Part shown: positions 36,299 to 44,899 of the stretch, piece by piece
Numbering within the stretch: the stretch's first letter is position 1
How the letters are laid out: every line of letters begins with the position of its first letter
Origin: Planctomycetota bacterium
GTDB taxonomy: Bacteria; Planctomycetota; Planctomycetia; Planctomycetales; Planctomycetaceae
Direction of reading: 5' to 3'
Length of the DNA stretch: 51,555 nt
NCBI GenBank assembly: GCA_043743415.1
Contig: JAYTWO010000074.1
Location: 1 to 51,555, forward strand
Notes under the pieces: generated by a model
What the model was told of the DNA's origin: nothing
Seen by the model: only the letters and a program-made list of their open reading frames with translations
The model's database searches: none
Translations under genes and position numbers: made by a program

Positions 36299-37236
36299 GG
36301 CTGGACCTCCGTGAACGGCCAGCGGCGCAGCCGGACGACGTACAGTGGCACTCCATCGGGGTGGCGCTTCATCTGACGAAAAGCAGCCAGCCAGTCGCGG
36401 TCCTCGGTCGTGCGGGCCGGGTCGACGTATTCGGAGCCTTCGAAGTACTCCAGCACATAATCCGGCTGGCAGTCCCAGACATCCGCCGGCAGGTCGGCCA
36501 GTCGATACGCCGCCAACTGTCGGGCCTGATGGGCGCGTGGGATCAGATGCTCAGCGGCTGGGTGCATGCGGTGGAACAACTGCCTGGGTCGCAGATAGTA
36601 CGACAGAAAGAAGAGCTTCTGGTCACTCAGCACGAGAATGCGGCACTGCTCCGGTGTGGCCTTCTGCAGGTAGCGAATCACCTCGCGGTTGGAGTCGCTG
36701 ATGTTGGGAAGGATCTGGTCGCCGTCGTTCAATCGATAGTACGGCCAGTCGCGGAACCGCTGCCGCATCGCCAGGCCCCAGTGTGTCAACGAGAGGACGA
36801 GGGTCGCAAGGATGGCGACACGTTTGAGGGTCGAGACTGTCCGCGCCAGCCGGGGACTGGCTGACGCGCGAGCGCAGTCATCGGCAGTCATGTCGGTGAC
36901 GCGCCAGAAGTTCAGGACCGCCCCCTCTATCCACGGCGCCACACGCGACCGCTGCCGTCCGAGGACGAGGCCCAGCCCGGCCATCACCAGCCCGAGCCAC
37001 CGCGCGGCCCACTGGACTGCCTCAGCCATCCCCAGGGCCTCGAACTGTGCGTAGCCATCGGTGGGGGAAACACTCGCGACGGCCCACCCGGAAAACACCT
37101 CGGAGGGAATCAGCCACGCCAGCGCAGCCCCAAGCATTCCCCCCACCGTGCCGATGGCAGCGAGGCACGCGAGTCCTCCTCGAACAGTTCGCGAGCAGGT
37201 CGAACTGTGCTTCGTTAAGTCGTTAATGATCTCCAC
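36295..37236 (-). CDS. Hypothetical membrane-anchored protein
   Basis: Two or three N-terminal TM helices and a soluble C-terminal domain. The track start at 37236 is a GTG. The ATG at 37137 is an alternative. Confidence 0.55.
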   Translation of the reverse strand: MEIINDLTKHSSTCSRTVRGGLACLAAIGTVGGMLGAALAWLIPSEVFSGWAVASVSPTDGYAQFEALGMAEAVQWAARWLGLVMAGLGLVLGRQRSRVAPWIEGAVLNFWRVTDMTADDCARASASPRLARTVSTLKRVAILATLVLSLTHWGLAMRQRFRDWPYYRLNDGDQILPNISDSNREVIRYLQKATPEQCRILVLSDQKLFFLSYYLRPRQLFHRMHPAAEHLIPRAHQARQLAAYRLADLPADVWDCQPDYVLEYFEGSEYVDPARTTEDRDWLAAFRQMKRHPDGVPLYVVRLRRWPFTEVQP

Positions 37237-37813
37237 ATTCCTGCCTCCGCTCGCAGACCAGTTGCCACTCGGCCCGCACTCCCAACTGGGTGGCCCACCG
37301 CTCGATGTAGGTTCGCTCGATGCGGTCCCCCTGGATCTTCAGCATGCTGGCGATATCTCGCAGGTGTTTCTCGGAACCGCCGCTTTTGTAAAAGATGAGC
37401 TTGTTCAGCAGCACGTCCTCCGGTGAACCGAACCATACGGAGAATTCTCCTTCGCTGGTGAGTCGCCGACCGCGCGACAGTTCCGAGCGGGCGAAGTCGC
37501 TGTCGGGTGGGATGATGAGGTCAACCTTTAATCCGGAAGGGATGTGCAGGATGTTGAATTGCCGCCGGCGGAGGATGGCTTCTCTGGCTGCCGATTCAGA
37601 GACGTAGTAATCGGGATGCGGAAAGGCGGCACAAAGCGGAGCCACGCCATCCAGTTTGAGATCGGCCAGGATGTCGACATCGTTCGTGAAGCGAGGTTCC
37701 CCATACGACATGCTGGCCATCGAGCCGACCACGCGATAGGAAACTCCCTGCCCCTCCATGAAGTCGGCCACGATCTGCATCAGTTGGTAGGGTTGGAGTT
37801 CAGGGGCGCTCAT
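37223..37813 (-). CDS. Pol-beta-superfamily nucleotidyltransferase (toxin/antitoxin-like)
   Basis: Minimal-NTase motif VGSMASMSYGEPRFTNDVDILADL. 196 aa. Overlaps the upstream small gene by 14 nt. Confidence 0.75.
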   Translation of the reverse strand: MSAPELQPYQLMQIVADFMEGQGVSYRVVGSMASMSYGEPRFTNDVDILADLKLDGVAPLCAAFPHPDYYVSESAAREAILRRRQFNILHIPSGLKVDLIIPPDSDFARSELSRGRRLTSEGEFSVWFGSPEDVLLNKLIFYKSGGSEKHLRDIASMLKIQGDRIERTYIERWATQLGVRAEWQLVCERRQECGDH

Positions 37814-38030
37814 GGGAGACCAATCCGTGGCTGATGCGGCAGGCGATCTCTCTGTTGAGGTGCTGATCGTCCCAATCGGGATGTTCCGCTCGAATGGCCG
37901 CTCGCAAAATGACCCGTGCGGATTGCCACATGCGGCCCGCGATTTTCAACCGCTCGACTTCCGTCTTGCCGCGCAGCATGTCCGCCATGGCATCATCGAT
38001 CGTTTCGACCACTGGGGGACGGGATGACAT
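37800..38030 (-). CDS. Small (76 aa) partner protein of the nucleotidyltransferase
   Basis: Internal ATG at 38030 of ORF 37800..38330 (MSSRPPVVETIDDAMADMLRGKTEVERLKIAG...). Helical. Overlap suggests translational coupling with the NTase gene. Confidence 0.5.
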   Translation of the reverse strand: MSSRPPVVETIDDAMADMLRGKTEVERLKIAGRMWQSARVILRAAIRAEHPDWDDQHLNREIACRISHGLVSHERP

Positions 38031-38151
38031 CAGTCCTGCCTTTGGGATGGCGAGTTGCGGAGGTCTGCGACCACTGGGCACGCTTGGTCCACGCGAGTTC
38101 TGCTCCAGAGAATAGCGTAATCCCCACAAGGCTTCCTTAGCGAATGCACTC

Positions 38152-40236
38152 CTACTCCCGACTCCCGAATCCCATCTGCTTCCCCACCTTCGAGATCCAA
38201 TACTTCTGGACCGCATGCGGGAGAGCCCCACGAGAGGCCCGAATCTCAATCTCCATCTGCAGGATTCCGAACGGAACCTGTTCGCTGAGCCAGACGTTGC
38301 GGGTGTAGTGTCGGCTGGGCTCTTGGACATAACCGTACGCCTGTTGACACTGGATGGCGTCCTTCTGAATCGCTGTGCGGAGGTAGCGGATCGCCGAACT
38401 CCAATACGGTGCCGGGGTGGGCAGCCCGCTGATCAATCGGATCGCGTCCTTGGCTGGACGAGCGGTCTCTGGCCCCACTATGACACACTCCGCGACCGGC
38501 TTGCCCGCTAGGAACGAACCCCGGTTGATGAAGATGGTTTCTTTGACTTGACCCTCGTTCCAAGAAAAGTCGATCCGCCGCAGCGGCATCCCCGCGGAAC
38601 CCGCCGGGCCGCCATCACTGATCCGTAGCGTCTCGCGCTCACCCGTCGCGGGGTCGGTCGTCAACTCGATCCAGTAGTCGGGATCAGCCTGCATTCCATC
38701 GGGGAGCGTATAGATCCAGCTATAGACGGGACGCGGGAGCTTCGGCTTGGAGTCGCTGTAGTCGATCCAGCCCGCCTTCTCCAGGAAGGTGTAGAGCGAC
38801 GACTGCTTCCAGGGACCATCGCTGGGACACCACGCGAAGACGACCGACACTGCCAGGCTCGCCAGCATCGCCACTCGCGCGAAGCGGTTCTTCCCCAGCA
38901 CCTCGATCGCGGGCAGCATCACCAGCACCCACGCCGGGGCCAGCCACTGCATCCATCGCAGGGCGACACTGCCACCGCCGTAGTTGTAGTTCTCGGTCTT
39001 CAGCATGTAGAACGCAAACACGATCACCGAGACCCAGCCGGTCAGGAACGCCCAGCGTCCGGTGTTTTCCCCGGCCTCGCGGATCTTCGGCACGCCCCAC
39101 ACGACCAGCGTCCACAGAAACGCAGGCGTCAGCGAGAACCAGCCGTGGTGCCCGATGGTGCAGTGCAGCAGATAAACCCCGAACCCGTCCTTGTTGGCGT
39201 CGATCCCCCGGGGGTTCATCCAGTAGCTGGGGGTTCCCTCGTGAATGAAGTTGTACTTCTCGGTGCCGTAGTAGGAGTAAAACGGTCGCCACCCACCGGT
39301 CGCGTCGTAGTTGGTCCACAGGAACATCGCCACCGGCACGCAGAACGCCACGACCATCAGCACCCACATCGAGCGAGGCACCTGACTCCACAGCAGCAGA
39401 AACACCAGCCCGACAAAGGCCGCAGACGGCAACTCATTGCAGACACAGAACCCAAACGCCGCCCCGGCCAGCGCGAACTCCCATTGACCGTGGACCTCCC
39501 GGTGAATCCGGTCGACCGCCCAGATCGCGATCATCAGGCCCGTCGCGGCCACCGTATGATTGTTGAACACCGACAGAAACGGAGAGAGCAGCGTGCCTCC
39601 CGAGAGCAGCGTGATCGCGAACAGTTGGGCCAGCGGGTCGCGGGTCTTCGCCTCGATCATCCCCCGCCACAGCAGCAGCGCGATCGTCATCGGCACAATG
39701 TTAATCAGGAACAGTAGAATGCGAGTCACCGTCAGCAGATGCGTATCAAGCGTCCAGCCCGTCGCCAGTTTCAGCCCGCGATACAGTTGAGTCACGATCC
39801 ACGGCAGCAGCGGCGGCTTGGTGGAATAGAAGTGTTCCTCGTGCTTGACAAGGTCGATCGTGTCCCAACTCTGTTTGGAACCCGGGTCGACTTTCTGGCG
39901 AGCGGCATCGATCTGATAGGTCCCTTTCTCCGCCAGCGACCAGACGGTACACCACCGCGACCGGTCGTTGGCACTGTTCAGCGGTCCCGTCGACAACAGC
40001 CGCGATGTCGCCATCGACATCCCCAGCAGGATGATGAGCCACCCGGCCCACCGCACCGCAGCGGAGGACTCATCGGGTTCCGAGGCCGGAGCCGGGGCGG
40101 AAGTCGAACTGGGTCGGAGATCTTTGGCCAACGCAAACCTCACCGATGCGGAAGGGAGAACAACGACCGGGAGGATATACGCTGACTGGTCGTGGGGGGT
40201 AGAGAGAGTGGTCGAGAACGCCATCAGCGAGTGCAT
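38152..40236 (-). CDS. Large polytopic membrane protein, ArnT/PMT-like GT-C glycosyltransferase candidate with C-terminal soluble domain
   Basis: 694 aa. NDRSRWCTVWSLAEKGTYQID...HFYSTKPPLLPWI, followed by many TM helices. About 200 aa C-terminal non-membrane domain. Confidence 0.7.
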   Translation of the reverse strand: MHSLMAFSTTLSTPHDQSAYILPVVVLPSASVRFALAKDLRPSSTSAPAPASEPDESSAAVRWAGWLIILLGMSMATSRLLSTGPLNSANDRSRWCTVWSLAEKGTYQIDAARQKVDPGSKQSWDTIDLVKHEEHFYSTKPPLLPWIVTQLYRGLKLATGWTLDTHLLTVTRILLFLINIVPMTIALLLWRGMIEAKTRDPLAQLFAITLLSGGTLLSPFLSVFNNHTVAATGLMIAIWAVDRIHREVHGQWEFALAGAAFGFCVCNELPSAAFVGLVFLLLWSQVPRSMWVLMVVAFCVPVAMFLWTNYDATGGWRPFYSYYGTEKYNFIHEGTPSYWMNPRGIDANKDGFGVYLLHCTIGHHGWFSLTPAFLWTLVVWGVPKIREAGENTGRWAFLTGWVSVIVFAFYMLKTENYNYGGGSVALRWMQWLAPAWVLVMLPAIEVLGKNRFARVAMLASLAVSVVFAWCPSDGPWKQSSLYTFLEKAGWIDYSDSKPKLPRPVYSWIYTLPDGMQADPDYWIELTTDPATGERETLRISDGGPAGSAGMPLRRIDFSWNEGQVKETIFINRGSFLAGKPVAECVIVGPETARPAKDAIRLISGLPTPAPYWSSAIRYLRTAIQKDAIQCQQAYGYVQEPSRHYTRNVWLSEQVPFGILQMEIEIRASRGALPHAVQKYWISKVGKQMGFGSRE

Positions 40237-40317
40237 ATACCCATTGGCGGTACAGGGATGCTGACTGGAGTAATCTGGGCGAGAGCTTTCCCGAGAGGCC
40301 GAGATCGGTTGCGGACC

Positions 40318-40468
40318 CAGTCACCCGATGCGTGAGCGAGGGCGTACGTCTCTCGACCTTCTGCGAGAGCTCGGCGCTCAGAAGCCTCTCAGGTCACTCA
40401 GCCGACGTGGACGATTCTGGGGAGCACTCCTCGCTACGCTCGGCCCTCGCTGACGCGTCGGGTGACTG
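40318..40468. mobile_element. 151-bp MITE-like element with 25-nt terminal inverted repeats (family 4)
   Basis: The left end is CAGTCACCCGATGCGTGAGCGAGGG. The reverse complement of the right end is CAGTCACCCGACGCGTCAGCGAGGG (23/25 match). No coding capacity. A related half-site lies at 12647-12672. Confidence 0.5.
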
Positions 40469-40503
40469 AGATGAGTACCGCCAATTGGCGAATACACCTG
40501 CCA

Positions 40504-41025
40504 TCAGCCTGCCATCAGCACCTCCAACTGTCCGACCGAGAGAAACAATCGGTAAGGATGCCCTGGAAGTTCTGCAAAGTCCCAGCGCTCATAGAACGCC
40601 TTGGCCCGGTCGTTGATCGCATCCAGAATCACCGCCACAAAAGCAAAAGTCTGACCCGCCTCGTAGCAATCTCTCAGTGCTTGAGCCAGCAACAGACTTC
40701 CCAGGCCATGGCCTTGCTGAGACGAACTCACTCCCAGCCAGGCCAGCACGGCCACAGGGAGTACACGCCGGGGCAAGGTCCGGCTAACCTCTGCGGGCAG
40801 GTCTCTAAAATCGACTTGGCCGATCGCCAATGTGTAGTACCCGGCAATGGCTCCACTGTCATCCAAAAGGACTTTGGTGGCCGACAGATGCTTCGTCTGA
40901 TGCTGCCAAGCTGTGGTCCGCAACCAGTCGTTGACGGCCAGCTCGCCGCAATCGAACCCCTTCCGGGGGTGTTCGCGACGAAGTCCCTCCCAGCACATCC
41001 CGTCCGGCAGCGAGATCTCTTTCAA
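40504..41025 (-). CDS. GNAT-family acetyltransferase toxin (TacT-like)
   Basis: Contains HPRKGFDCGELAVNDWL and the acetyl-CoA motif QQGHGLGSLLL. The track start at 41025 is a TTG overlapping the antitoxin stop. The ATG at 40998 is an alternative. Confidence 0.85.
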   Translation of the reverse strand: MKEISLPDGMCWEGLRREHPRKGFDCGELAVNDWLRTTAWQHQTKHLSATKVLLDDSGAIAGYYTLAIGQVDFRDLPAEVSRTLPRRVLPVAVLAWLGVSSSQQGHGLGSLLLAQALRDCYEAGQTFAFVAVILDAINDRAKAFYERWDFAELPGHPYRLFLSVGQLEVLMAG

Positions 41026-41285
41026 GACACGCCTCGCATCAGCTTGCCCAGTTTCTTCTGAGCGGGAGTCAGTTTGGCCGGGGTCTGGAGTGCATTCCAG
41101 AAGGCGAGCTGTTCGTCGGCAGACAACGTGATCGTTCGGTCGCGTGCCGCTGCCACCTCCCGCTTGGCCTGGGCCAGGGTAATCATTCGCACATAGTCGC
41201 TCACGCTCACCTTGCGGAGTTCTGCCGCCTGGGAGAGGAGTGCTTTGCTCGCCTCGTCGAGGCGCACCATCAGCGGACTGGGCAT
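41022..41285 (-). CDS. DUF1778-family RHH antitoxin (TacA-like)
   Basis: 87 aa. The sequence VRLDEASKALLSQAAELRKVSVSDYV...LSADEQLAFWNAL is typical of DUF1778 antitoxins paired with GNAT toxins. Confidence 0.9.
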   Translation of the reverse strand: MPSPLMVRLDEASKALLSQAAELRKVSVSDYVRMITLAQAKREVAAARDRTITLSADEQLAFWNALQTPAKLTPAQKKLGKLMRGVS

Positions 41286-41407
41286 GGAATCGCTCCGGGA
41301 GGTGCGAGGATTGGAATGGAAGACCTCGTCAGGGATTGTACGGACAATCGCAATACAGGGAAAGGCAGAAGAACAGTTCGACAGCGAGCCGGTGGGCGTC
41401 AGTATAT

Positions 41408-41490
41408 GGGACGGGCACAGTTGCCCGTCCGTCGGAGGGCGACCTCACGGACGGGCAAATGTGCCCGTCCCACAACGTGCCCGTCCCACG
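41408..41490. repeat. Array of GGACGGGCA/TGCCCGTCC palindromes in a divergent promoter region
   Basis: Palindrome 1 is at 41408-41430 (loop CAGT) and palindrome 2 at 41449-41471 (loop AATG), with an extra half-site at 41477-41487. They lie between the antitoxin start (41285) and the uvrC start (41562). Confidence 0.85.
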
Positions 41491-41561
41491 ACAGGATGTT
41501 GACACCCCGCCGATTTGCCTATCATCAAGAGCGACGCACGTACCCCTCGGGCTGACCGCTG

Positions 41562-42887
41562 ATGGCTGACACCTCCCTCCCTCCCCTCCCGCCGCGCGAG
41601 AAGGTCAAGACCTTCCCCGACGCTCCCGGTGTGTACCTCATGAAGGACGCCCAGGCTCGGGTCATCTACGTCGGCAAGGCGGTCAACCTCCGCAGCCGCG
41701 CGGGAAGCTATTTTTCATCAGCGGCGGCTGCGGATCGCCGCACAGCCGTCTGGGTGCCGGAGATCATCGACCTCGACTTCATCCAGACGCACAGCGAAGT
41801 CGACGCACTGCTGCTCGAATCGCGGCTGATTAAAGACATTCAGCCGAAATACAACCAGGAACTCAAAGACGATAAAACCTTCCCGTATCTGCAAATCACG
41901 ACGAACGAAGACTTCCCTCGCGTTGAGTTCACTCGCCAACCAGAAAGCAGCGGGGTGAAACTCTACGGCCCGTTTCCCAATGCGAAGAAGCTGCGGGCGA
42001 CGATTGTGGTATTGCAGAAGGTGTTTAAGTTCCGGAACTGCGGACTGGACATTGAGGACGGGGACCAGCGCTGGCGGTGGTTCCGTCCGTGCCTGCTGGC
42101 GAGTATTAATCAATGCACGGCACCGTGCAATCTGCGAATCTCGAAAGAGGACTACAAACAAGACATCCGGCGGTTGACGTTGTTTCTGGATGGTAAGGGG
42201 ACCGACCTCTTGAACGAACTGCGAGAGGAGATGCTGGCTGCGTCGAAAGAGCTGCGGTTTGAGCGGGCGGGGAAGCTGCGCGATGCGATTAAAGCGTTAG
42301 AGAATGTCGACCAGAGCCTGAAGAGTGCCCTTGAGAATAATCTGCAACCGGAGGCGTTCTATGTCGATCCGAAGCGAGGGCTGCACGGGTTGAAGAAGGT
42401 GTTTGGCCTGGAGAAGGTTCCGCGCCGGATCGAGGGGATGGACATTGCCCACCTGCAAGGCGGCGAGACGGTGGCCAGTCTGGTGCAGTTCATCGACGGC
42501 CTCCCATTTAAGCAGGGTTATAAACGGTTCCGCATCAAGTCGGTCGAAGGGGTCGACGACTACGCCAGCCTGCGCGAGATCGTCAGCCGCCGCTTCCGCC
42601 GCCTGCAACAAGAGGGCGAGCCGTTCCCGGACCTTTTGTTAATCGACGGTGGAAAGGGACAATTAAACGCCGTGATGGAAACCTTCGCGGCTCTGGACAT
42701 CAAGCCGCCGTTCACGATTTCTTTGGCCAAACAACAAGAAGAAGTCTTCCTCCCCGGCGAGTCCGACTCCCGCAAGTTGAGCCGCCACTCCTTCGCATTG
42801 CGGCTGCTGCAATTCGTCCGCGATGAGGCCCACCGGTTCGCGCAGCACTATCACCATCTGTTGCGCCGGAAGTCGCAGTTTGAGTGA
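41562..42887 (+). CDS. uvrC: Excinuclease ABC subunit C, short form lacking the C-terminal (HhH)2 domain
   Basis: GIY-YIG domain (PGVYLMKDAQARVIYVGKAVNLRSR), UVR-like segment (ELREEMLAASKELRFERAGKLRDAI), RNase-H-like domain (LLIDGGKGQLNAV, RDEAHRFA). The ORF ends at 441 aa. Confidence 0.9.
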   Translation: MADTSLPPLPPREKVKTFPDAPGVYLMKDAQARVIYVGKAVNLRSRAGSYFSSAAAADRRTAVWVPEIIDLDFIQTHSEVDALLLESRLIKDIQPKYNQELKDDKTFPYLQITTNEDFPRVEFTRQPESSGVKLYGPFPNAKKLRATIVVLQKVFKFRNCGLDIEDGDQRWRWFRPCLLASINQCTAPCNLRISKEDYKQDIRRLTLFLDGKGTDLLNELREEMLAASKELRFERAGKLRDAIKALENVDQSLKSALENNLQPEAFYVDPKRGLHGLKKVFGLEKVPRRIEGMDIAHLQGGETVASLVQFIDGLPFKQGYKRFRIKSVEGVDDYASLREIVSRRFRRLQQEGEPFPDLLLIDGGKGQLNAVMETFAALDIKPPFTISLAKQQEEVFLPGESDSRKLSRHSFALRLLQFVRDEAHRFAQHYHHLLRRKSQFE

Positions 42888-42908
42888 GCGAAGTGACACC
42901 GCTCGTCA

Positions 42909-44441
42909 TCACTGCCCGCTGAGTGCATGCCCGCGCAGGCCATCATCCTCGGTCGTATCGACCGTCTCGGACAACCCGCCCGACAGCAACAGCCCCTGGA
43001 TCAGCGTGCTCGCCTGGGCTAACTGACGGCGGGCGTCCACCGATTTGAGGTTCGATTCGAAATAGGTCCGCCGCGCGGTCAACACTTGCAGAAAATCGAA
43101 CTCGGCTGCGGCGTAGGCTTGCTCGGACAGCGTGAGGCTCTGCTGGGCCTTGGGGAGAATCTGCCCCTCGTAGCGCTGGACGGCCGCGAGGGCGGAATCG
43201 TGCTCCTTCGCCGCTCGGGCCAGCCGCGCCTGAAGCGACATGCGGAGTCGCTGGTAGTCCTGGGTCGCGCGGCAGTATTCGGCGTGGGCGGCCGAGATGT
43301 TGCCCTCGTTGCGGTTCCACACCGGCAACGGCATGCCGACTCCCACTTGAGCAAAATCACTGCCCGTGCCCAGATCCCGACCGACCCCCAACCCCAGTTG
43401 AATATTCGGAATCGCCTGGGCATCCTGACGGCAGAGGTTCGCCGAGGCTCGATCGACTCGAGAACGCGCCGCGTGGAGTTCGGGACTCCGGGAGGCCAAT
43501 TCTTCATAGACGGCGTCCCAATCGCGGGCCTCCGCAGTCGTCGGCAGCTCCCCCTCCAGGGAGGCCAGCGACAGGTCCGGCAGACCGACCAGCGCGGTCA
43601 ACACCTGCCAGGCCGCAGTCAACTCATATTGAGCCTGCTGCTGCTGGAGTTCGACTTCTTGCAACTGAATCTCCGCTTGCAGGATCTCGGGCTGGGAGCC
43701 CTCCAGAGCAGCCTTGCGACTTTCCGCAACGCGGACGCCCTTGGCGGCGAGGACTTGGAATTCCGTGGCGAGGGCCAGTCGGCGCTGAGCGGCGAGGGCC
43801 TCGTAATACATCGTCCGCACATCGGTCAGCACACGTTGCCGCTGGGCTTCGACTTCCCAGAGTTGAGCCTGCACCGCTTGACTGAGAACCTGTTGACTCA
43901 ACCCCAACTTATTGCCGGTGACGATGTCCTGCGAGAGTGTCAGCATGTGTTGGTCGGTCCCGGCATCTCCCAGTTGTTGACCGCTGTAGGCCAGCGTCGG
44001 ATTGGGGTAGAGGCCGACCTGATCGCGGAAGCCGGTGGCCTTCGAGACGGAGGCGGTGGCCTGGCGAATGGCCGGATTGTTCTCCAGGGCCATCTGCTCC
44101 AGCGTAGCCAATGTGAGCGAGGGACTGACCACGGACTCGATCGGCGTGTCCACGGTCTCCACGGCCTCCGCATCTTCCACCGGAATCAGCGTCGCGACTT
44201 CCTGGGTCTGGGCAGACTGCTCGCTGGCCACCGGCGTGATCTCGACCTCGACCACCGGGGGATGGGATGCACGCAGGCTCCGGGGCGCGGCCAATGACCC
44301 CGTATCCGCGACGAGGACTTCCCGGTGGGGCGGGCGTGCATCGACTCGATCGTCGATCCAGCGACTGGTTGTTTCGCAGCCCGCCAGCAAGAGGCCGACC
44401 GCACACCAGCCGATCGTTGGTAACGTTGTGTGCCACGTCAT
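42909..44441 (-). CDS. TolC-family outer-membrane efflux protein (lipoprotein-type signal)
   Basis: I chose the ATG at 44441 (MTWHTTLPTIGWCAVGLLLAGC lipobox). Two long coiled-coil repeats typical of OEP/TolC. The longer track ORF would read into a repeat. Confidence 0.88.
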   Translation of the reverse strand: MTWHTTLPTIGWCAVGLLLAGCETTSRWIDDRVDARPPHREVLVADTGSLAAPRSLRASHPPVVEVEITPVASEQSAQTQEVATLIPVEDAEAVETVDTPIESVVSPSLTLATLEQMALENNPAIRQATASVSKATGFRDQVGLYPNPTLAYSGQQLGDAGTDQHMLTLSQDIVTGNKLGLSQQVLSQAVQAQLWEVEAQRQRVLTDVRTMYYEALAAQRRLALATEFQVLAAKGVRVAESRKAALEGSQPEILQAEIQLQEVELQQQQAQYELTAAWQVLTALVGLPDLSLASLEGELPTTAEARDWDAVYEELASRSPELHAARSRVDRASANLCRQDAQAIPNIQLGLGVGRDLGTGSDFAQVGVGMPLPVWNRNEGNISAAHAEYCRATQDYQRLRMSLQARLARAAKEHDSALAAVQRYEGQILPKAQQSLTLSEQAYAAAEFDFLQVLTARRTYFESNLKSVDARRQLAQASTLIQGLLLSGGLSETVDTTEDDGLRGHALSGQ

Positions 44442-44470
44442 CGCGGGTTCACCGAAGGTCAGGGGCGAGT

Positions 44471-44577
44471 GGGGTCGCAGAATTCGTAAGAATTCTGCCC
44501 TCAACGAGGAATCGCAAAGCACGGGTGCTACGTCACAAATGGATGGTCGGCAGAATTCTTACGAATTCTGCGACCCC
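44471..44577. repeat. Long inverted repeat (29-nt arms, family 3) in the TolC/ECF-sigma divergent region
   Basis: The arms GGGGTCGCAGAATTCGTAAGAATTCTGCC (44471-44499) and GGCAGAATTCTTACGAATTCTGCGACCCC (44549-44577) are perfect complements, separated by 49 nt. Confidence 0.9.
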
Positions 44578-44899
44578 ACTTTGGAGTGGTTGCTCCGTAT
44601 CGTCTCTCTCTATCGCGAATGCCCATTGGCCTCAATGAGCGGAATACGCCGACCGCACCTTCCCGCCCTGAAACAGCGGTTCTGCGGTCCGCACCTTCCA
44701 CAGAGTCGGCACCACCCCACCCGACAGACTGACGCTGATCCGCTGGCCATGCCTGACTGGCGGTATATCCGGTACACCTTGACTGCCGTGTACACTGGAC
44801 TGGGTACGGATGCCCCACCTCCCTCTCGCACGGGCTGGGCCAGATCGGTACACTCAAATGCGTGTGACGGGTCAAACGTCACCCTCCTCAAGGCCACTG

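Noticed and set aside
44442-44522. 27-codon N-terminal extension of the TolC-like ORF.
   Set aside because: The extension is encoded by the family-3 inverted repeat arm. The ATG at 44441 gives a canonical lipoprotein signal (LLLAGC).
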